Source of the DNA: Syncephalis fuscata S228
Lineage: Eukaryota > Fungi > Zoopagomycota
DNA length: 64,000 nucleotides
Direction: 5' to 3'
NCBI GenBank assembly: GCA_025786725.1
Contig: JAHLTZ010000001.1
Location: forward strand, 806,001-870,000
Made by a program: the position numbers and the translations under genes. Every line of letters begins with the position of its first letter. Within the stretch, counting starts at the first letter, position 1. Under the pieces are notes generated by a model. The model was not told the origin of the DNA and did no database searches. It was given only the letters and a program-made list of their open reading frames with translations. Positions 24,387-36,506 of the stretch are shown here, piece by piece.

Positions 24387-25123
24387 ATGGACAACATTAC
24401 TACAATAGTAACTCTTTATCATCAAGAACAAATATACAACAATCTTACTTGCCATCCACTGCACTATTTACTTCATTGTCATATAAAAAACTATTCGTAT
24501 CCCAGCAATTATTACCTGCACTACACTCTGTTCCATCTTATGCACCCACAACTACTCTTCGTTCATTTTCCACTACAGCATCCACTATGATGGCTGATGA
24601 TCAAGCAGAATCGAATGTCGATAAAGATGCATGGCCACAACAACATCTAACGCATATTGATCCTAATTCTGGCCGTGCGGCAATGGTCGATGTATCCGAC
24701 AAGCTAATTACTAAACGAACAGCACGTGCTAGTGCACGGGTTCATTTAGGAGCAACGGCATATCGTCTAGTCGCAGATAATACGAAAAATGCCAAGGGTG
24801 ATGTATTAGCGGTAGCGCAATTAGCAGGTATTCAAGCCGCTAAACGCACCGCCGATCTCATCCCACTTTGCCATCCTCTTCAACTATCGCATGTCAGTGT
24901 AGACCTAGCACTGGACCACGAGTGCCGACAAGTCAATATTATGGCCTCGGTAACATGTACGGGCAAAACAGGAGTAGAGATGGAGGCATTGACGGCGGCA
25001 TCAGTGGCGGCTCTTACGGTATTCGATATGTGCAAGGCAGCCGATAAAGCCATTCTAATCGATTCTATCCGAGTTATTGAAAAGAAAGGCGGTAAAAGTG
25101 GTCACTATCAAGCAACTGTCTAG
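24387..25123 (+). CDS. MOCS1: cPMP synthase (MoaC / MOCS1B / Cnx3), second cistron or fusion exon of MOCS1
   Basis: LTHID, MVDVSDK, KGDVLAVAQLAGIQAAKRT, LIPLCHP, TGVEMEALTAASVAALTVFDMCKA, KKGGKSG. Frame is open from the acceptor at 24386. Confidence 0.95.
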
Positions 25124-25265
25124 CAGTAGTAACATAATAAATAACAGATTAATGAATAATTGTAATATAATATTTATTTAGATTGTTACTTTTATTGATA
25201 AATGCAGTTTATTTATATGCCTATTTATAGTTTAATAAATAGTAATATAATCCATTGATTTACTA

Positions 25266-26320
25266 TTAGATTACAGAGGAGGCATAACCAGGAGCAAAGA
25301 ATTGAGCTCCATTTTCCAATAGACGATAGTGCAATAGTCTAGGATGGAATTTGGTCGATCGATCTGTCTCTACGCTCGCTGCACCTCTCATTAAGGTTAT
25401 TTGGCCATGTACATCGCGAGACACGCCACTTTCTAGTCCTTGAACAGCTAGTATGGTATGTGGCAGACGTGCAATAAGTTTCATGCACAGATCGTGTTCT
25501 GCATCTGCTTCAAAGGTAAGATCGTCATGTGCCAAAATAACCAAGTTAATTTGATGCTAATATAATAATAATAAGTACATAATTAAATAATTAAATAAAT
25601 ACAAGTGTTAATTAATATTGTGTCGAATAACTTACGGTATCACATAGACGACGCAGTATACGTGCAAATCCCACTACTATTTGTACTGGACATCCAGCAA
25701 ATAAAAGTGCCGTTAGATCATCGACAACCACTACAGTACGTGTGGTTAGTGTCGTTGTATCGTTACCATTTCCTGCACAGATGGTTTCACGCAATGAATC
25801 TACCACTGCCTGTAGCGATGCCTCCCAGTCAATCGTAGATGGATTGTCGTTAGATTGGGCCATCCAAGCAAAAGAGCGGGTAGGTGCAGTAGGTACTTTT
25901 GACAGTGCAGTGTCTGGACGAGATGTACTTGTATCATTGGCATTGATTGGCACTGTAAAGCGACTCAATAAATCCATAAAATAAAGCTGTCCTTTAGACT
26001 TGGCTGCTACTACATTAATGCCCTATATATTATATCGCGCGTATCCTTCTTAGCCTAGATTACTTTATTCTATACAGCGTAATTACCAATTTTTTACCGA
26101 TCGCTGCATAATGAGAAAATATCTGTCCCGTGCCCATGAATACCACCTGTGGACGCGATGCAGCTACAGTACTCGTAGAAGCACGTAGAAAAGCGGCTAC
26201 ATAGTGATGTAACAAGAAGTTGCCATCGGCTTCTAAACTATCGGTAATGAGGTGACATTCACCAACAGGTGGCAGCTCGTTATCACCGTATAATAAAGTC
26301 GATAGTGTGGTATATACCAT
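25266..26320 (-). CDS. ELP6: Elongator complex subunit 6-like (RecA-like fold)
   Basis: LITDSLEADGNFLLHHY, HYAAIGKKL, FMDLL, VVVVDDLTALL, LAVQGLESGVSRDVHGQI, LHYRLLENGAQFFAPG; 3 exons. Confidence 0.85.
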
Positions 26321-26604
26321 GGTAGAAGTGTAGAAAGATAAAATTTAATCAATTCATATTTTATTTATTTATTAATTAATTAATTAATGGTTCTAACTAC
26401 AACATTAACTATAACAAAGTAGTATTTACTAGTGTATATACAGTGTCTCTGAAATCTGATTTGATATAGATTCGGATTACTAGTCATTTTGCTCAAATCA
26501 TTACAAAAGTAGTAGACATTAAGGAGGGGAAAGTAAAGTAAAGTGGACGGCAACTTTTGGTTTTCTTCTTTTTACTGCTTGTTTATTAATACATTTCTAC
26601 CCAT

Positions 26605-27410
26605 ATGGATACACCTGTAGACGGCGGAGGAAGCGGATTTCGCGGACGTGGACGAGGTATGCCGCGAGGCCGTGGATTCACTCGCGGTTCATTTGGTCGA
26701 GGTGGAGGTGGTAGTGGTGGTAGCGGCAGTGCCGGTGGCGGTGGACCTGCTAGCTTTAATCCTGTTTATCCTAGTGGCGCTAATAGGTAATACAGTAAGC
26801 AGTTTATTGTTTGCAAGCTAATATGAACATCCATGACTAGTGTTGCTGGTGTTGGTAGCAGTGGAGGTGGACCAGGAGCATTTCCATCTCCTGGACGTCG
26901 ACCAGTCAATAATCCAGCCAGTATGGGCGGCCATGCCAGTCTTACTAGCATTACCGGGTAAATAACTATAGCTATAGCTATAGCTATATATACATAATGC
27001 TTTATCCATTATGTAGATATACTAACGACTTGATAAACTATTAATAGTATTGATATGGGAATGACAGCTAATATGCCATTTGCACCACCTGTACAAAGTA
27101 GCAGTAGCAGTGGACATCGATCAAGTAGTGCTAATGTATTTGAAGTAGGTATTTTTATTAATATTGTTTATTAAATACTATTACTGGATTAGTGGCCATG
27201 ACTAACACAAATATCTATACCTCACTTTCACGATAGACAACGCCAAGTCGATGGGAGTTGGAACAGCGCGCTAAAGTAACTGTATCGCATGCACATATCG
27301 CTTCACCGGGCACGTATTATCCTCGTGTCTCTCGTCATAACAATCCTATCATTCCTGGACTGCCACGTCCTAAAGAAGTCGTAAATGTAGTAAATCTTGG
27401 TGATGCATAG
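26605..27410 (+). CDS. SOSS-C / INIP-like protein with RGG/Gly-rich N-terminus
   Basis: Four small exons. The last (27237-27410) reads ...VSHAHIASPGTYYPRVSRHNNPIIPGLPR, aligning without gaps to the INIP C-terminal motif HAHAHSSGYFITQDSAFGNLILPVLPR as I recall it. Confidence 0.65.
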
Positions 27411-28036
27411 TCTTACATGAACCTATAATACAGACATTATCGCGTGTTTTCATCTCTATGACTCAGTATGTGTAGGCTATTACCGTATTGTCATTGGTGT
27501 ATGTATGTAAATGGATGTACACGTCAACAGTTGCCAAATGGACTAGCATAAACGTCACTCGGCTACATGTACCAATTGTAAACGGCACTTCTATTCGTTC
27601 CTTCACCCACCAATTTTCAATGATGCAAATATTGGTCCACTGCTGATACCCGCATAACACTTGTACCTTTCTTTCATTCTTTCACCTTCACTTCGTGTGT
27701 TTCATACTGCCGCTATTACTACCACGCTGTGCTTTCTTATTCATATCTACTATCCTTAGTAATAGTAATAGCTTTATTATTGCAACTGTTTGTTTATTGC
27801 GTCTATGCAGCAAACAGCCAGTTGAAGAAGAAGCGACGACTGTTTATTGTTTATAACTGTTGCTGCTGTTGCATACCATCTCTTTTGTGGCTGTTTGATT
27901 GTTTAGAGTGTTTGTAGCAATCAGATTAGCTGCATTGACCTGAGTGTGTATAGTATACGTATTGTATACATTGCTTGGCTTGCAAGTACGCAAACTAGCG
28001 AGAAAGAGTAGAATATATAGTAGACTAGTTTTACTT

Positions 28037-29885
28037 ATGGAGTTTCCACACAAATTGCGTCGGCTTTCACGTCCGGAACCTTTGCCGGAAAGTACAGCTG
28101 ATTTGCAGCAATTAGTACAACAGCAATCGGCTGAAATTCAGCGACTTAACAATCGATTGGCACTGTTTTTACGTTCGCAAGCGGCAGCAACATCTACTAC
28201 AAACAGTGCAGGTAGTGCAGTTGCTGGGGCTGATGCCGCGACCCACGCCTCTATTGTAAGTGAATTTATGATAAAAAATAGAATGGCTACCAAGATAGCA
28301 CATGGCTTGACTAATACATGCAATACTCTCTTTATGTTTGCCCCATTAGCCGCAAGGTAAACGGGAAATCCTTGAGGATGTTGAGCGTGATACCAAATCG
28401 CTGAATCAATCACTTGCCTCGGATTTGGGTCAGGTGAGTGCTATTTAATAAACGAGTTGATGGCACTAGCTAAATAGTTGACGTTTATTGCGATGGGGTA
28501 GGCTCGTCGTACAAAGTTGGCACTTGAACAGGGTGATCCTGTATTAAAGGACGATTTGCGTTCATTGATACCCAGTTCGTCAGATGATCCTATTGTACTG
28601 AAACAGGCGCTAGAGGAGGCTGTTAGTGTGGGACAGACACAGCAGGACTGGATTAAGAAATTGCGCTTTGAGTTAGAGATGGAAAACGGACAGATTAATA
28701 TACTGCGTCATGAAAACCAGCGTCTGCGTCAACTTACAGTGGATTTGCAAGCATCGGCCGAGCAGGAGGAAGAATATATATCGAACACGTTGTTAAAGCG
28801 TATTTCGGCACTTAAGAAAGAGAAGGGAGAGTTGCTGCAGCAAGTGGAACAAGAGGAAGAATATCTTACAAATACATTACAGCGCAAATTAGAAAAAGTA
28901 AGCTAATTAGCATCAGCGTGTATAAATAGTATATTTAGTTTACACGTATAATGTGTATTTAGTTACAACAAGAAAAGATTGATTTGGAAAATGCACTGGA
29001 ACGTGAACAGGAGTTTGTTGTTAATAAATTACAGAAGCAATTGGACGGGCTAAGGATGCAGCAGTCATCGGGGCGTGATTCCACCTCGGGCAGTGCCAGT
29101 GCTACCAATATGAGTTCGCCGATTGGGTCTCCTACCATGTAAGTCATAACAGTTTATTCCATATACGCTGCTAAACAAACGTATTAATGATAGGCGTCAT
29201 CATCGACGTCCATCCCACTCGGAGTACTTGAGTTCGCAGCAAACGGTTACAGAATTGTTGAAGGCCGAAGTCAATGGTGCACGCATAAAAATATCTGAAT
29301 TGGAAAAGGATTGTAAGTAATATTTATGGCAATAGCATTAACTAACAGTATTACCAGTAATTACATTACATAATCAAACGGGTGCTTATCGCAAGGAGCT
29401 TATTGAATTACGTCGAAGGACTGGATTACCCGTGGAAGATCTAGTGGCCGATGAAAGGTTAGATTGTTTATAGATTAGTCGAAATAAAGGCTTATATGTG
29501 TATGATTTTTGTTACTATTTTAGACTAAATACTGTACGCCATCCTATTATTTCTAGACAGGTAGGTGAATTTATTAATTCGATATGTATGCTATTAACAC
29601 AGTATTAATACAGAGATCCACCTCCAGTGTCAGTGGTAATCGATCGGAACCTACACCGATGGATACACCACGCGCTCGATCTGGTTCCAGTACGAGTGGC
29701 AGCAGTATTCATAACGAGCCACGATTTTCACAAAGTGTACCCGATCTGGGTCAGCCTACGCTTCGAGCAAATGGTAAGTCATGAATGATGCCACTACATA
29801 GAAATAAGAAAACGAACACGCTTTATTATTAGCCTCGCCGTCATCTATTAGTAAACGACGAAGTATAGGCTATGATGCGCGTTAA
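28037..29885 (+). CDS. CCDC6-like coiled-coil protein (DUF2046)
   Basis: QASAEQEEEYISNTLLKRISALKKEK...EQEEEYLTNTLQRKL...EKIDLENALEREQEFVVNKL matches the CCDC6/H4 core; multi-exon; stop TAA 29883-29885. Confidence 0.85.
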
Positions 29886-30898
29886 TTATCGAGTATAACT
29901 TGGACGGGATAGCGCTTACGCACGGAATTAAAGCAATGGATACGTCGTCCTTGCTATCAGACGCAGCGAATATGTTTTAAACTAATGATAAAAATAATGG
30001 TTGCGTCCTACTTACTTTAACCGCTTGAATGAAATCATGTTTGGAGATTCGTGCTTCAGTTAATTCGCCTCGAGCCAGTAGTTCGGCGCGAAATGTACCC
30101 GGCAATAAATCTAAGAGTTATAGAATTGTTATAATTATTTCATAGTGTTATTACCGCTATGTATACCTTGATGTATAGCGGTGGGTGTCAACCATCGTAT
30201 TTGACCATCCGGTAATAGATCCTCAACGGCAATATTAGCAATGGTTGTTTCAGTAATGTCACCGCTATTATTCCATAATATAACGTCAAAAGGAGAGTTT
30301 TGATCATTGGGATTGACGCCTAATGATGTGACCAGCTATTTACAAATACGACAACTATTACAATAGTATAATTACCATGCCGTTGACGTGCTTCGTTATA
30401 TATATCTCGATTAGTTGTTTTATGAGAGAGAAATGATGTATCTTGAGTATTGATTGGTTGGCTATCCAGTACAACTATAGGTAAAGGTGCTACATTACGT
30501 ATTAATGACACATTAGTTGTTTTTATACGTGATTGTAGCTACCATCATTATCATCATCATTGTGTTGAGTAGCAGTAAATGGCGATACTTCAATTGATAC
30601 GTGACCATCTCTACTCCATAGTAAACGAATCTATAAATATTAATTGTTATTAAGATAGCAGACGCATAATATATCTTTATTACTCGAGCAGTTTGTGCGT
30701 TTGCCTGTTCTTTTATCGTTTCATCTAGCTGTTGGCGTAGCTTGTCGATATTAGTTTAATAGTAAAATGGGCTGGATATCTACTATTAAAATAGTCGATA
30801 GAATCATATAATCGCTGTAAGTGTTGATCCAATAGTAAAATACCATGTTCTGGTTCATAGAGCATGGTTTCCAATAAGGAAAAGTTGTACTCTTTCAT
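29882..30898 (-). CDS. Class IV PLP aminotransferase / aminodeoxychorismate lyase (Abz2-like)
   Basis: LLETMLY, HLQRL, IRLLW, FLSHKTTNRDIY, DVILWNNSGDITETTIANIA, GLLPGTFRAELL, CFNSVR. One apparent 1-nt frameshift at ~30756. Confidence 0.85.
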
Positions 30899-31319
30899 GG
30901 TGGATTGATAAATGATAAATAAAGGAGAAAGAAGTAAAGTGTTTAATTTATAATTATTGATTGATAGAATCTATGGTATTCTAGCTATAAAAGTCATATA
31001 TCAGCGCAATAATTATCTGTTTTCTACTTTAGTTTATGCATCGATAAATATACACGTCAAACTAGTCAAGTTGCTTACTGGTAGTGTCTTTGCACCTTGA
31101 ATGAGCCGAATTCACCGCTATGTTAGCATATTTATGGAATAGAATTGCTTACAGCGTTTATGCAACCATAGTTTAAATAAAAGAATGACACAAATTCCGT
31201 AGGCAGCAAGTATAAAAGTTTAAAGTTCAATTGTTTACGATTTATACTGTAGTTAGAGATGTGACAGTAGTAAAACTACGTGATTATTGGTAATTTTTTT
31301 CATTTCGTCTTTTTTTACA

Positions 31320-34300
31320 ATGAATTTTAAAAACACATTCATACAAGCTAGAAAGGAATGCCAACCACCTAATGTAAGAATAACATAGTAAATTATTATA
31401 GGGCATAGTAATGAGCAATATTATACATATACATGTGTATATAACACTTTAGTTATGTGGTATTGACTTGGATGCAGATACGCGTCTTTGGTATTTACCA
31501 TCAGAGGTCAAACATCCATTCCGCGATATCATCGGTGAGGCGTCCTTTTATTTACTAGAATGCAATGTTGGGCCGGTCAGTATGAATATAATGGGCACTA
31601 TAGTTGATGTTGATACTGTATCAATAGAGTAAAATAGCCCTTTTACCCGTTGAATGTTTATTGATTGATACACCATCAACAGCAGCAATAGTAACACCAG
31701 AATGCATAGCTAATGATGACAGTAAAAAGTCTAATGCAGGTTATTAATACTAAACATAACAAATTTTATTCTAATTAGTTTGGACAATAGAATACACAAC
31801 AGTGGCTATGGCCAAATAATATGAATTCATTCTGCCCACTTAAATATCAACATGCCCGGTAAGAGTGGTGCAGTTTATCTACACTATTTAGTATTAAATA
31901 CCAATAGACGCTATTTATCGTGTATTTCAGAAGCAGGTGTATTAAAGGAGACAGAAGAAATAAGCGCGCTATTTGTCTATTGTACAACAGCAGACATGAC
32001 TGATAGGATGTTATTGGGTATACATCATATTGAAAATAAAGGTTAGTCAGTAGTTTTATATTTCTGCGTATTTTTAATAGTTTAATAAACAAATGACAAT
32101 TTATTTATATAGGATTTGAGCGTAAAATAGATCAAATTACACGACAAGGTAATAATAGCAAATATAATTATGGAAATATGGTCATTTATTTTAACGTGTA
32201 GGACAAATGACCAGTAAAGAAGCATTAAAATCAATAGTGACCCTGATGGATAGTGAAAAACAGTCAGTAGGTAGAATGATAATAAATACAATAGCGTAAT
32301 TATATGTCAATATAGTTGATGTTTTCTGGTACTTTTGATATTGTGCCTCCCACCTCGGTAAATAATAACAATAATAACAATACCACCATTTCTACTAGTG
32401 CAACTAATGAGCTATCTATTGGTAATAATATAGCACTCTAGTAGTTATATCACACTGAAAGCCACTTGGCCCAATACATACAAAAATATTGTTGATACAT
32501 ATAAACATATTGAAGATACTACTGACACTGACGATGGCAATACTACACATTCTAAACATTGGCTATGGCCTAGTTATACCCAATGTGAATTACTAGTGCT
32601 AGTAAGAAGTAAATAGCCATATGTAACTAATAGCTAATCAAACCATTAGACAATACAAATGGCGTCTTGTTCAGTCGATTCCGAGGAGAATGATGTACTT
32701 TCAGTGCTATCTAATCAATTAAATCGATGCATTGAATGGTGTACATCGATAAAAGCAAACGCTGGGATGTGGCAGTGTTCCACTAATTCATCTGACACAG
32801 TGCCGTTCACGCAACGTGTTGAGCAATTTTTATTGTCCTATGCTCGTCGCGATTCATCTGCCATCGCCGATATCATCTATCAATCGTGTAACTTTTCTAC
32901 ACCTATTACAAATGCATCAATCAAATTACGGGAACTCGACTTTACAGAGCAGTTATGGCAACTATGTCAAATGGCCAATGACCAAGAAGAAATAGCCGAT
33001 GCTATTTATGCCGTCTTAGAAGAAGTAAGATCTGGTCGAGTCCAACCGACGGTAAGCTTTTACATAATATCGACATTGTTATTAATACTAGTACTAACTT
33101 TATTATAATAGATTCATCATTATAATCGTACAACATTGGCCAACCTGATACGTGATGCACGTCGCCTAAATACTATGGTTGATGCCGTTAAGCGAAGACA
33201 GCAGCTTGAGACTATTACCCTTGAAGCAGAACAATGTGTATCATCTCCGTTAAGCTGTATCACTGCCGTGGGTTTAGTTAAATTGCAACAGGATTATATT
33301 TATTATTTATCCGGAGCTGGTAAGTTACCTATCGTTTAATTACTTGACATGTGTACCAAAGGAGCTATTCACAAGCCTTTACTCACACGTAAAATAGACG
33401 GCGAATTAGTTAGTCCATCAAGTTTAGTAAGTGTATCGATAGTATTTTATTAGTGCAGCCTCTATTTTACATTAACATCATAATATCTCATTCTATATTT
33501 TATGCACTGATCTGCAATGTATAGGAATCACTATTTGGCCCATCGTTGTTATCTAACAGCCAAGCTCTTTTGACCCGACTTCAAGTAGCGCATCGTATCA
33601 TGGCGTTAGTTGAAATGCTCCGTATGCATTTACCATTGCTGTCGCGCGATACACTACGCCTACTGATACATGGTCTGTTCACACGTGTAGCGCATGAAAT
33701 GGCCTGCATTGGGCGTAAAGGTACATCCAGGAACGACGATAAGTCTGCAGCACCGATAGCCATTCCCGTCATTGATTGGACCACAGTTACACTATGCTGT
33801 CGGCTGGCCATTCCCCGTCTATCAAGTACGGCTAAAGCATTGATTCGCCGTTTATCAGCCATTGGGTAAGCGCTAATAGAGGACAACAGGTGGTGCATGT
33901 GTGTGGTGAGTGAATGAATGCATGCATGTAATGCCGATAAAAGACACTTTGGACTCTTTGCCAATGAATTAACGTTTAAACTCCGTGTATAGATGTCCAC
34001 CCACGCGGTACGCATTCAACCGGTTACATTGGATGAATATATTCAATTACCGCCACGTTTATCAAATAGTGGAGAAGCAGTGGCAGCAGCTACCGCACCA
34101 ATAACAACCCATGATATACTGCTGTTATTGAATAGTCAACAGCATTACCTGTCAGACACATTATTACCATCTATACCAGATGTCATGTCGTCAAGTGACA
34201 CCATGGCTACTTTAACTATACAGCAACAACAACAACAGCCACATCAGGCCTGCTCGCCGTCACTAAATGACAGTACCACAGTCGTCTCATATCCAGCCTC

Positions 34301-34379
34301 GTCTAGGAACGACAAAGACAATGCATCCCCATCAACTTTGTCACATAGCGTAATACTTGTCACTCAGACAATCCTTTAA
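31320..34379 (+). CDS. Zwilch-like kinetochore protein (RZZ complex)
   Basis: RELDFTEQLW...VLEEVRSGRVQPTIHHYNRTTLANLIR and PLSCITAVGLVKLQQDYIYYL resemble the Zwilch conserved core; many small exons, 5' exon structure approximate. Confidence 0.75.
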
Positions 34380-36402
34380 TTCACAATGAATTTCATGATT
34401 ATGCACTGCACCATGGTCATTATGATGGTACAATATGACGAGGAGAACGAAGCAGGTAGAAATGCCGACACCTTGAATAAATTTAATGGGGCATTCAAAT
34501 AATTAATTACTGTCGGAGTGCAGTGTAAATGCAGAATGTCAATAAAACATGTCCGATCACACAGAAAGGCAATGGGGAAAGTGATTAAGTGGATGGCATG
34601 GAAGGAAGAAAGGAATACCGACAGTATAATAATGCTCAGTAATTCATTTGTAAATTTGGATAGTCAATAAACGAGAATGATGAATAGAAAGAATCTAAAC
34701 TTACTTGACCACGTGCAATATAGCACGCACATCCATCTAGTCTTTTTCTTAGTGGCAGTTTGGACCTGCGCCGTCCCCGTTTTTTCATGCCTTTCTGCAT
34801 AAATATCATATCCACACACGCACACACATACAACTACAAGTATACAGATGCATATCTATCTATATACACACCGGTATTCTCTAGGGCTTATTACGGTGAT
34901 CAGTTTTATTATTACTGTTATTACTGCTATTTCTACATTAGGCCTACTTATTATTAGCCACCATCATTGGTATTGCTATTGCTGCCACAGCGGTTACTAA
35001 AATAGGTCTACCTCGCCCAATCTTTTCTTCTCTCTTTCCCTCTCCTATCTCACTGCCACCGTGCTTCTTTCAATTTCGCTACACAACCGCCCTATTTTTA
35101 TCCTTTTGTTCTTGCGCTTTTACTTAAAAGTCGTAACGGACAATATAAGGGATTCTATATTACAAGTGTTTGATTATCAACTGAGCTATTAATACAGTTG
35201 CTGTCATCGTAAGCGGGCTTACCTCCTAGTGTTGTCGTCGTGTCGTGCTAACTAGTTGGCTTACTTCGCTCGTTCGTCTTAAAACACTATTTTCTTGCTA
35301 CCTTTATTCCTTGCATTGCCGCCTAGTACGTTTTACGTTCATCGTCATCGTTACTTGTGTGAGTGGTGTACGTTGTGTGCCTATAGCATACACGTCCTTT
35401 TTTCTTCTACTTCTTCGCCTATTAGTTTTCTAATACAATTTTCACCACTTTTATTACAACTACTACTCTACTACTCTACTATTACTCTACTATTGTTGAT
35501 TATTGCAGTGGTGACGGCTACTCCCACAACAATATCAATTGACAAACTATTGCAGCGTAAACAAGTTCTATGCACCATCTCTAAACGTGCATCGTAATCA
35601 TTCCCGTCAACCAGCCTTTATTCTATATTTGACTAGGTAAGTGAACAAACGAGCATGTACGATGCTACAAATGTGTCCGTGTCATTCAGTGTATCAAATG
35701 GTCGATTTCTTTACTATATAACCTGTTTCTGTTCGGATTGTTTTATCAATGTCAGTATCAATACGTATAAACAATGCTACGCATCAAATCTAAATCGTAG
35801 TACTGTTTGTGCATATTTAAATTAGTATTGTTAAAACAATACTGACGAAAACAGGTTATGATGGCAAAGAAAAAAGACCACTTTTGGCGTGTAACAAAAT
35901 TCAGGTGTAGCACGGATGAATGCTACTAAAGCTTGTCATTATTGTTTCTTGTATTATTCTACGTTCTACTTGTAGTGGAAGTGTTTGTGTACTTGTCTAT
36001 CGATTTGTACAAGTATTTAGATATATATAGAATGCTCAATCTTTTTTGATAATGCTTTTCCTTTCTATAATGGTCAGCTAAGCCCCGTTTCGTTGTCTCC
36101 TGTTTCAACCTGATTTGCTTCCAACTGTTGCCATTTTTACAAAAGTTCAAGGAAGAGTTTGTTACATTCTCTAACAATATGGGTACGGCGTGTGTATACC
36201 ACCCTTTCTTACCTCTTTCTTCTCGTCTATTTATCTAAATAACGGTTATTACATTTGCTCTTGGTCCTTTTTTTCCTTACTCGCTGTTGGCTATTTTTGA
36301 CCTACATTATACCATATTATCTGTGTAGTCTACAGTAATTACACGTATCGGCTACTACTTTTACTACACTACTACACTACTACTTTTAACTTTTACTCTT
36401 TT

Positions 36403-36434
<32 letters not shown>
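36403..36434. repeat. (TAC)n microsatellite just outside the left inverted-repeat arm
   Basis: tactactactactac... perfect run, with degenerate copies from ~36352. Confidence 0.9.
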
Positions 36435-36506
36435 TTGGTACAAGCTTTTATGTACAATAGTGGTACTTATTCTAGTTCTTCTTACATATCAGCGCCATTT
36501 TAGTGC

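Noticed and set aside
26041-26048. GTATCCTT, a U12-type donor consensus
   Set aside because: It is on the + strand, antisense to ELP6, inside an ordinary GT-AG intron; no matching branch site.
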